Part shown: positions 22,636 through 32,567 of the stretch, piece after piece | How the letters are laid out: every line of letters starts with the position of its first letter | Numbering within the stretch: the first letter of the stretch is position 1 | From: Octopus sinensis | Lineage: Eukaryota | Direction: 5' to 3' | Assembly: GCF_006345805.1 (NCBI RefSeq) | Contig: NW_021829620.1 | Span: forward strand, 1 to 35,625 | DNA: 35,625 nt | Made by a program: the position numbers and the translations under genes | The notes under the pieces: model-generated | Databases searched by the model: none | The model's input: only the letters and a program-made list of their open reading frames with translations | Told to the model about the DNA's origin: nothing

Positions 22636-23316
22636 GTCTAGAATTTGGGTATTGATGGGCCAGACTGAGACTTTAGCTGCTGTCAGTTGGCGGCAAACAT
22701 CGGTATGCAAACGCCATCTTAAAAGAGATACCAGAAACGGTTGAATATGAATATGAAAGTGGGAGACGTGTTGATCCCAAAATGAACTTGAGGTTGAGTA
22801 CCAGTCGGTGGAGCTGGGAGGTTAGCGCTGACATCTGTGAGGGGAGAAGGCGGCGCGTTCTGAAGCCTCGAGAGGAAGGCTCCGTAACGGTGCGCATTCT
22901 CTCCTGATCACCTGTGAAACCTACTGGCATCCGGTATGCGGAGGTTTCGAATGAATGCACTTGCACCAGGAAACTGTTTCTAGGACTCAGTAGAGGTTTT
23001 TCCCCGCCTCATAAGAATTAATTTCCTATTTTTATTCGTGTGAATCATTATTTTTCATTTGTATTTTAATGACGATAGAAACGTTTATAAAGTGTGATAA
23101 GCCGTAATTTAGCGACAGATAATATAAATAAACGGTATAAACTGTAGAATCTGAATATATAATTTCACACATCAAATATAAGTTCGAATAAATCTGTACC
23201 AAGGATTATACTTAATAGAGATGCAGACTGATGTTAAGTATTTATAACAACAACAATAACAACAACAATAATCTTATATATATATATATATGTGCGTGTG
23301 TGTGCAAATATTTATG

Positions 23317-23352
<36 letters not shown>

Positions 23353-23602
23353 GTATATTATGTATATATATATATATGTAAATATTTATATGTATATGTA
23401 TATATATTATTAATACATATACGTATCTGTATGTATGTGAGTGCGTGTATCTATCTATCTATCTATCTACCTAACATATCTACCATCTATCTCCCTATCT
23501 CTTTCCCCTTCTCTCTATATATATATGTGTGTACTACGTTATATACATACCACAACACACGCACACACACACCACACACACAACACACCCAACACACACA
23601 CA

Positions 23603-23636
<34 letters not shown>

Positions 23637-23904
23637 CTGTTCTTAATTGATGCAACTATCATTATGAGGCTTCATGTTCTCTGAGCGCCTGAGATATAAC
23701 AATTTATTGTGATGTGAGTAAAGTAGCTTCACAATCGTTATTCTGATTCCAGAATTTATTGATTGTTATTTTTTCTTTTAATGTTTTGGAACTAAGGTTA
23801 TACTTGCGTGCAATATATTTTTGCATTAGCAACCAATTATTTTCATAACATTAAAAGTTAGGCTTCAATATCAATGACGATATCTACTAGTGACCTCACA
23901 TCTT

Positions 23905-24185
23905 CAACAGTACAAATACTTTATCACATAGTATGGCCTTTCCCCTTTAACATAGCAGAGACTGTACCACAATGTCTGGCGTCTTTTTCGCAATATCCGA
24001 AACTGTACCACAAAGATTAGCCTTTCTCTTCAAAATAGCAAAGCTTACATCACAAAGACCGGCCTTCTCCTGCAACATAGCTAAAATGGTATCACAAACA
24101 ATGACCTTTCTCTTGCAGATAGTAATGACTGTAACACAAAGGAAGACTTTTCTTTTCAACTAAGCACAGATTGTATCAGAAATAA
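23905..24185. repeat. Degenerate 42-bp minisatellite, about 7 units
   Basis: cacaaa-like anchors at 23925, 23968, 24009, 24051, 24093, 24135 and 24177 (spacings 43, 41, 42, 42, 42, 42). Confidence 0.75.
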
Positions 24186-24499
24186 TAAATCCCCGTACAT
24201 CTCAACAATGACTAAATCATAGACGAATGTTCTTTGTCTTTTCCCTGTCCAGTTAAGAAAAGAAAATAGACTTTAGATTTCAATAAATATTAACCATTTA
24301 TAGAAATTAAATACGGCCAAGAATGGAGGTTCGATGAAACTACTGACACATACAAGTATGCTCCTCTACAAAAATGACTACCGCACTGGATAGCAGGAAG
24401 TCATACGCCAAAATATTCCAATCTTTGTCTTTAGATGTATCTTACGCACATTCTGCTTGCCTTCATGGCTGTTTTGGTACTCAAAGCTGAATATTATCA

Positions 24500-24729
24500 G
24501 GCGGCGAGCTGGCAGAAACGTTAGCACGCCGGGTGAAATGCGTAGCTGTATTTCGTCTGCCGTTACGTTCCGAGTTCAAATTCCGCCGAGGTCGACTTTG
24601 ACTTTCATCCTTTCGGGGTCGATAAATTAAGTACCAGTTACACACTGGGGTCGATGTAATCGACTTAATCCCTTTGACTGTCCTTGTTTGTCCCATCTGT
24701 GTTTAGCCCCTTGTGGGTAGTAAAGAAAT
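24500..24729 (+). mobile_element. SINE family C, full length with 9-bp TSD
   Basis: GGCGGCGAGCTGGCAGAAACGTTAGC..GAGTTCAAATTCC. ATATTATCA at 24491-24499 and 24730-24738. Confidence 0.88.
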
Positions 24730-25276
24730 ATATTATCATGCCTTATCTACTGAAGCCGTTCCACATATCTCTTTTTTGGTATTCTATAAACTAAGCCGTG
24801 CAAGTGTTTTACTGCTGGCTTAGTGCATGAACCCTGACAGTATTCTTACTAAACTTATTAGTAGCGTTAATATCCCCATTCATTAATCCATTTAAGTTTG
24901 ACTTTGCATTTCCCAGGACAATAGGTATATGATCAAAATCAGTGTGTGTGTGTGTTTGTGCGTGCGTGCATGCATGTGTGTTTAGTTTTGGGATGGTCAA
25001 TTTTTTGTTGCCGAATGAACTGACAATCCCAAAATATAACAATATTAGTTTCGACAAACGATCTTACAAAGCGAATACATTATATACACAGGGAAATAAT
25101 TTATTCTTCAACGTAGGATAATGCTAATATAAACTATCCATATATTGCAGGAAAATTTGTCAGAAATATATAGATAGTTTATCCTGCGTTTCGGAATAAA
25201 TTATTTCCGTATCAGTATCTTTCAATACATCTCAAAGTTTCTGAAGCAAACTTTGTTTACTTTCATCGTAAGCTGA

Positions 25277-25307
<31 letters not shown>

Positions 25308-25366
25308 TACATACATACATACACGCATACATACATACATATATATGTATATATATACACACACAC

Positions 25367-25453
25367 CTCACCGGCCTCCCGTCCAGGTGGGGAACCTATA
25401 TGCCAAGGAAACTGGGAAACCAGCCCTTATGAGCCAGGCGTGGCTTAGAATGA

Positions 25454-25464
<11 letters not shown>
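25367..25464 (+). mobile_element. SINE 3' tail with (AAC)n end
   Basis: ctcaccggcctcccgtccaggtggggaacctata...ggcgtggcttagaatgaacaacaacaac. Inverted homolog at 25536-25638. Confidence 0.8.
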
Positions 25465-25515
<51 letters not shown>

Positions 25516-25535
25516 GTATGTATGTATATACATAT

Positions 25536-25835
25536 GTTGTTGTTGTTTGTTCATTCTTAAGCCACGCCTGGCTCATAAGGGCAGGTTTCCCAGTTTCTTT
25601 ATCATATAGGTTCCCCACCTGGACGGGACGCCGGTGAGCTGTAAGATGCAGGAGGAAAGAGTGAGAGAAAGTTGTGGTGAAAAAGTGAGCAGAAGTTCGC
25701 CATTACTTTCTGGCGGAGCCGCGTGAAGCTTAGGTGTTTTCGTCCATAAACACACACATCGCCCGGTCTGAGATTCGAACCCGCGATCCCCTACCATGAG
25801 TCTACTGCTCTAACCACTAGGTTATGTGCCTCCAC
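25536..25835 (-). mobile_element. SINE with family-B head and alternative (AAC)n tail
   Basis: Minus head GTGGAGGCACATAACCTAGTGGTTAG..GGTTCGAATCTCAGACCGGGCG matches family B. The 3' 100 bp differ from those of 4126-4510. Confidence 0.82.
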
Positions 25836-25975
25836 ACACACACATATATATCTATGTACGTATGTATGTATGTATATTCAAATATGAATGAGAATTAGCG
25901 CTACTATTGTAAGCATTATCGAAAACGCAAACTCAATGTACCGACGAGCAAGCAAAGAACATACATCGAGTGTGC

Positions 25976-26014
<39 letters not shown>

Positions 26015-26015
<1 letters not shown>

Positions 26016-26437
26016 TAAGAAAGTTGGTTTGTGAAAGCACGTGGTTGAATATATAGAAAATAGTAAAAAGTGAAAAAACTACAGAAAGCTTAAAGGTTAA
26101 AAATATATATATTTGCGTCAATATGTCTGAAGAATATTAAAAATTTTTTTTTCCCTTACAATGACATAGTTTAGAAGAAAGACCGGTTTCGCGTTTTAGC
26201 TTTTCAAATTTCTTACGACGTTATTTTTATGTTGAATAGAGTTATCCTATTCAACATAAACATAACGTCGTAAGAAATTTGAAAAGCTAAACGCGAAACC
26301 GGTCTTTCTTCTAAATTGTGTCATTGTAAGGGAAAAAAACTTTTTTAATATTCTTCAGACATATTGACGCAAATATATATATTTTTTAACCTTTAAGCCT
26401 TCTGTAGTTTTTTCACTTTTTACTATTTTCTATATAT
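26015..26437. mobile_element. Fold-back PLE terminus: about 190-bp arms, 7-nt loop, mirror-image hammerhead variants
   Basis: Arms 26049-26239 and 26247-26437. The left arm plus 26015-26048 is homologous to 34505-34702, which abuts a PLE ORF. HHR-like motifs at 26175-26214 (-) and 26272-26310 (+). Confidence 0.75.
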
Positions 26438-26758
26438 ATGCATGTGTATGTATGTATGTATGTATGTATGTAATATATGTATGTGTGTGCGCATGTGCAT
26501 GTATGATTGTATGTGTATGTGTGTGTATAAATGTAGCATCGATCGTGGTACACCACTTTGGTTAGCTCCTAGCATATACACGGCTTGTATAGAAAACGTA
26601 TAGGAAACCATAATCATTCAATACAAATGTATTTATCTCGTCCCGTGTCAAAACTAAAAAGTAATCTTGATAAGGCGACAGATGACAAACAACTCCGGTC
26701 CTGAAGCAACTCAGTATTCTATAATTAGGTATGTGAATGAAAGCATAGGAAAAAGTAG

Positions 26759-27159
26759 ATCTTTTCGGTTTGAACGGCAGTTTTTAACATAATTTCTAGG
26801 TAACTAAAAAATGTTAAACTTCGTATACTGGTAGAATGTGTTTATAAAACATCTTTTTCTCTTGGCTTTATTGAGAAAATTCTATAGTTTGTAAGATATT
26901 TGTTGTTTTTTTTTCTTCAATTTCTGCAATTTCAACAAATCACTGACGTCTATTGAGGTAAAAAAACATTCAGTGCCGTATGAATATGTCCCTCGTTTAA
27001 GAAACAGATTGGGTTTATTTACATTTGTGAAGAAAAAAAGATACCCCCGCCAAACCCTAAAACAGATTGAAATGCAATAGATCGATACTAGGGTCATAAT
27101 TATGGGTGACAATTTCATATGACACCGCTAGAAAAAACTGCCATTCAAACCGAAAAGAT
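26759..27159. mobile_element. 401-bp MITE with 27-bp TIRs, superfamily unassigned
   Basis: ATCTTTTCGGTTTGAACGGCAGTTTTT (26759-85) versus AAAAACTGCCATTCAAACCGAAAAGAT (27133-59), 1 mismatch. Confidence 0.8.
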
Positions 27160-27837
27160 TCGAAATAGTAGTTAAGTAATACATATGTTTCAAAGGTGAA
27201 TTAAATGTATGTTAAGAATAAATAGAACTATTTCATAGGGTTGACGTATACCTACTCGTCGTGTAGTACCGAAGTTAAAATAAGGTAGATATAAAATACA
27301 CATTTCAATGATCATATTTGGTGTAATAAGCGGCTTTAATAACCAGCCAATCGTGTGCCCTCCTCAAATTACTTCATCTACACAGAAGGGGACTTAACTC
27401 AGGAAAACCTCTTCGTTATCAGCATCATCTAATTTAAGGTATGGAGGAAACGTCTGCGGTGATTCAGGTATTCTCTACTTGGCTAAACGCGGAGGACAAA
27501 CGCGTTCGATGGATGCCAAGCTCTAGCAGTTTACAATACGAGGAATGTATATAAATTAGGACAGAGGAAATCACTAATGAAGGAATAATGTTTGGGGAAA
27601 AAGGAAAGATGTGTAAATATATCCATCAAAGCAGAAGTCATTAACGGTAGCAGCAGAATTGATAAAAACTACATCTAGTACTAGGAGGATGATGACAATA
27701 ATTTTTATATACACACGCACAAGTATACACGATGCTACGCTTAAACACACGGTTGTACACATACATAACATAAATTTACATGCAAACACACATACACACA
27801 CACACACACACATATCTATTCTTTTGTTCTTTTGTTG

Positions 27838-28066
27838 TATTACTTATTTCGGTCATTTGCCTGTGGCCATGCTGGAGCACCGCCTTTTAGTCGAAGAAAT
27901 TGACCCCTGGACTTACTCTCTGATAGAGTAGGCCTGGTGCTTAATCTATCGGTTTCATCTGCCGAAACACTAAGTTACGGGGACGTAAACACACCAACAT
28001 CGGTTGTCAAGAAATGTGGTGGTGATGGAGACAAACACAGGCACATACACATAAAATATACATACA

Positions 28067-28118
<52 letters not shown>

Positions 28119-28282
28119 CAGCGGACTTCTTTTAGTTCCCATCTACCAAATTCATTCACAAGGCTTTGGTTAGCCCGAGGCTATAGTAGAAGAAACTTGC
28201 CCGAGGTGCCACGCAGCAGGACGGAACCGGGAACCATGTTGTTGAGAAGCAAGCTTCTTACCACAGTACCACACGTCTGCGC
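27838..28282 (-). mobile_element. Older SINE family D, full length
   Basis: Colinear with the 14204-14598 copy, with more substitutions. Confidence 0.8.
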
Positions 28283-28284
28283 AT

Positions 28285-28294
28285 ATCTATCTAC

Positions 28295-28374
<80 letters not shown>

Positions 28375-28400
28375 ATATATATATATATACTTACATATAC
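28285..28400. repeat. (TATC)n/(TA)n microsatellite
   Basis: Directly visible. Confidence 0.95.
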
Positions 28401-28459
28401 ATATCTACGGATGTACATACATACTGGATTCAAATATTGGCACCTGGTCAGTAATATTG

Positions 28460-28632
28460 GAAGAATGGGTAAGTCGCATATAACGTGGTACTTGAGTGCT
28501 ACTATTTTATTTACAACGAAAGGATAAAAAGCAAAGTCAACCTCGGCCGAATTTGAGCTTCGAACGTAAAGAAGGATAAAATGCCGCCGAAACATTTCCC
28601 CGGTGTGACATCAATTCTGCCTGCTCGGGGAC
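28460..28632 (-). mobile_element. Old SINE family C remnant
   Basis: aaaggataaaaagcaaagtcaacctcggccgaatttgagctt..gaacgtaa...catttccccggtgtg is the reverse complement of the family C head. Confidence 0.6.
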
Positions 28633-28972
28633 TTTGAGAATACTCAAAGATATGAAAAATTAATGTTTTAGCAAGTCTCGCATAGCAATATACCATGTGC
28701 AAAAATCTATAAAGTAAACTGAGGTAATAAAAATAATAAAATAAACTATAAAATAGTATAAAAGAATAAGAGAAATGATGTGAACTAAAACAAAAAATAA
28801 GTGCGAGAAAGTGTGATGTACACACATTTGGGAGGGCATACGCCCACACACGCCCACACTAAAACACCCGCCCGCATATAGAACACACTAATATACATAT
28901 ATACTTGGATATGCATACGAATAGATACACGCAGGCAAACACACATATATACACAAGAGACACACACAACCC

Positions 28973-29033
<61 letters not shown>

Positions 29034-29257
29034 CATACATACAACACACACACATATATAATATATAATATATATATTATATATGTACACATACATATAT
29101 ACTCTCACACATACGCAACGACATAAGTGGTTGAACTTAAAAACAGAATTACTTCCAGAGAGTAAAACTGAAATTTAATACAAGTTATATAAGTACCTCG
29201 AGCAAAAGCGATAGTTGTCTCGTATACACAAGTATATATGTATATGTATATATGTGT

Positions 29258-29296
<39 letters not shown>

Positions 29297-29938
29297 TGCG
29301 TGCGCCTGCGTGTTTGCAGGGAAAAGAATTCGACAAATATTAACAGGAGAGTAGAACATTAAAAAAAAAAGATTATAAGGGAATATAATGGACATAACTT
29401 GTAGCATTATTATTTTGTACTTATTGTAACTACCGCTGTATAGTTTGGTCTAACACAACATCCACGTTTAAGCATGGATAAATATTATCACCCGGTATCA
29501 ATAATGTCTCTGACGTCAATAATTTCCTTTAACTAGATCACTGACAGATCGCGACACTAGCGCTTTTTCTGGCTCTGTTAGTTCACATGTCACTGTCAGA
29601 GATATGAGACGTTGCTGTCTCTAGCTGTCGAGCATCCATCATTGACAAGACCTAAGAAGGTGGAAATTATGTGAAGTGGATGGTCGCTGTGTCGGAGATG
29701 ACGCTGTTTTTTCTCCCCGCTAGCGATACAAACAAGAGTGCATTTTGCATCAGAAGCCGATATGAGAGTTCCTCTTGGAGAAACTACCGTAGAATAGTTT
29801 GTTCTAACAGAACTCCTATGTTCAAGCGGGGCTAAATAAGTAGTTTTGTACACCCGATGAGAATTTCCTTTTACACACGCAGGCATACACAGACGCGCAC
29901 ACAGACATACACATACATATCCAGACATATATATTGTG

Positions 29939-30008
<70 letters not shown>

Positions 30009-30070
30009 ATGTATATATATATATTATATATATATAATATACAAAGGATTTTTATGAATGTGTGTGGAAG

Positions 30071-30409
30071 ATTATATTACTAAAAGAAATTCCAACTCTG
30101 TTTTATATGTTTTATTTATATTCTGCTGTCCACAGGAATGTATATAACGGACAAAAAGTAACCAGTCAACCACATTCGATGCGTTCCAGTCACAATCTGA
30201 ACCTGATGAATGCTTAAATGCAAGAAAGTATACTAGTTCACTGGGAATAGATATTTAATATTTAATTTTCAATATTTCATTTGTTCAATAAGATAATCAA
30301 TACTTCATTTCATTTCTTTCTTACTATATATTCTATATTCTATATCCTATATTCTATATTATAAATATAAATATAACATAAAAACAGAGTTGGAATTCCT
30401 TTGAGTAAC

Positions 30410-30413
<4 letters not shown>
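30071..30413 (+). mobile_element. 343-bp ORF-less unit with about 50-bp terminal inverted repeats enclosing a hammerhead
   Basis: 30071-30122 (..aaattccaactctgtttta.atgtt..atttatatt) pairs with 30364-30413. Both flanks are TA-rich microsatellite or close to it. Confidence 0.65.
30184..30246 (+). ncRNA. Type I hammerhead ribozyme with bulged stem I
   Basis: TTCCAG-[TCACAATC bulge]-TGAAC-CTGATGA(30203-09)-A-TGC-TTAAAT-GCA-A-GAAA-GTATAC-TA|GTTCA-CTGGGA. AGTATACT palindromic stem III; A.A at 10.1-11.1; predicted cut after A30235. Confidence 0.75.
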
Positions 30414-30453
<40 letters not shown>

Positions 30454-30454
30454 A

Positions 30455-30650
30455 TATAAAGTTAGTCCAAAACAAAAAGCACAAAAACACAGCAACGTGA
30501 TCACGTGGACAAATATAATATTATTGGACGCTCAGGAAGAGGAGGGGTTAACGTTTCGAGCGGAGCTCTTCGTCGGAAACATAGGAGAAGGAAAGATCCA
30601 GAGAAGGAAGACAGAGAAAAAATCGCCAATGGTACACCGAGGTCACATTT
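30455..30650 (-). mobile_element. PLE-type pLTR remnant with hammerhead variant (U4C) at 30547-30580
   Basis: Minus: GTTT-CCGACGA-A-GAGC-TCC-GCTC-GAAA-CG-TT-AACC. Confidence 0.55.
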
Positions 30651-30659
30651 ATATACACA

Positions 30660-30691
<32 letters not shown>

Positions 30692-30701
30692 TATATATAA
30701 T

Positions 30702-30733
<32 letters not shown>

Positions 30734-31240
30734 ATGCCATTTTAACCATTGTAATAACATGTTCGTAAGTAAGATTGAATTATTGCTAAAACATAATATA
30801 AAACGCCTAGGGCGAATAAGACATACCGCTCAGTTACGTACTGGACACAAACAAAAGGCTTAACCTTCCCTTAATTCAGACCGCATTTCACCTTTCATGG
30901 CTATTATTCTGTCATATGACAGTTCCCACGTGACTGTCACATAACCCTAATAAATAGATGCTGCCTGAAAGTGACCGATAATTCCATTACCTCACCACAT
31001 GTCTATCCTCAACCAATCAATTTGTAGGTTAACCGATAGGGACGTGAATATATTCTCTCTATAAAGGAAACGATTTTTAGAACAACTGCAGAAAATATAG
31101 TGTGCGACTCAGCTCTACTTTGCATAAAAGTTTGAAAATCAAATGTAAAACCGGTGAAGTATGTACATAGATACATGCTTAGATATATTAGAATCGATTA
31201 AAAAAAAACTCCAGTGAATATGCTGTAGGGAGTGTAAAAA

Positions 31241-31274
31241 TCTAACGTTTCGGAAAAAAATTCTTCTTCAGAGA
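31241..31274 (-). ncRNA. Degenerate minimal hammerhead
   Basis: Minus: TCT-CTGAAGA-A-GAA-TTTTT-TTC-C-GAAA-CG-TT|AGA. Stem I is only 3 bp. Confidence 0.4.
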
Positions 31275-32270
31275 AAAGTTGTAGGGGGAAATTAACTAGA
31301 TAGCATCGTTTTACATATATTCAGTTAAAAAAGACTTGAATGTTGCTGATGGTTTTTTTTTCAACTTAGAGGATATAAAATTCTGCTACCAGTCTTTAAT
31401 ATTTATCAGTTGAAATTCTCCTCAAAGAAGGTCTCCGTCTGAAATCTTGGATTTTCCATCGCTCACAGCATGTTCACTTAACAATTCTAATTGATTATAC
31501 TTTATAATACGAGTCAGATCAACGCATTCCATCAGATATGCATATACATATATACTTGTGCTCATAAATATGCACATACATAATTAGAGAATTGCATATA
31601 CATTTATAAGGTGTGTATAGGTGTGTATATATATATGTGTGTATGTGTGTTTGTGTGTAATGTGTTTGTATCTATATTGCATTAATGTATGTTAATGACT
31701 GGAATAAAAACGTTGAAGTATAATCAGGAAAAGTATTAATTAAGAAAGGAAATATGTAGGCATTGATTTTGTTCAAAATTTCATAATTACAATTAAAATG
31801 GATGGTTCAGTCCCCGTGGTTGAAACAAATGGTATGACCATTCTATATACCTTCCTCTACTCTCTGTCTTTCTTCCCATGTGTACACACACACACAAACC
31901 CATATGTATATACTCGCAGACATACGTGCGTCTGTGAGTGTGTATGTATATATATATATATATATATATAATGACTATGTCGTTAAGAAGCTTATTTCAC
32001 AGCTAAATGGTTTTGCGTTTAGCTTCCCCAGGGAGAACGTCCTGTCGTACTTTTACTACCGGTCAACTAATGTACCGTAAGTGAATATGATTTACAGAAG
32101 CTGTGCAGATATCAATCGTATACATACACACATACATAGTTACACACATAATGGATACATAGATACACACGCACACACACATACATATATACATTACATA
32201 CATTATACATATATTATACATATATATATATATGTGTATGTATATTATATATATATATATATATATAAAT

Positions 32271-32495
32271 AATAAATATTAGGGAATATATCCAAATTTA
32301 CAGGGAAAAAAATCAGATTTAGGATTAAATCCAATTTTATAGTAAAATATTATAAAATATTATTTGAGACAAAACCACTATTTTGCAAAACAAACAAGGA
32401 AAGACTTAATCAATACATAAAATTAATAAATAGTCAAAAATTTATTAAATTTTATGGTTTTTGCAAAATAGTGGTTTTGTCTCAAATAATATTTT
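32271..32495. repeat. Fold-back element, same family as 22249-22460, opposite orientation
   Basis: Perfect 37-bp inverted repeat 32354-32390/32459-32495, an inner IR at about 32416-32456, and a one-sided extension to the left. Confidence 0.85.
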
Positions 32496-32508
32496 ATTAT
32501 ATATATAT

Positions 32509-32564
<56 letters not shown>

Positions 32565-32567
<3 letters not shown>

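Noticed and set aside
25200-25235. Minus-strand CTGATAC-GGAA..TTCC-GAAACG hammerhead-like relic
   Set aside because: G8/A9 are absent and there is no cleavage triplet or stem I.
26127-26185. CTGAAGA...GAAA in the palindrome arm as a second hammerhead
   Set aside because: No stem I or II pairing, and the motif is absent from the 34.6 kb homolog.
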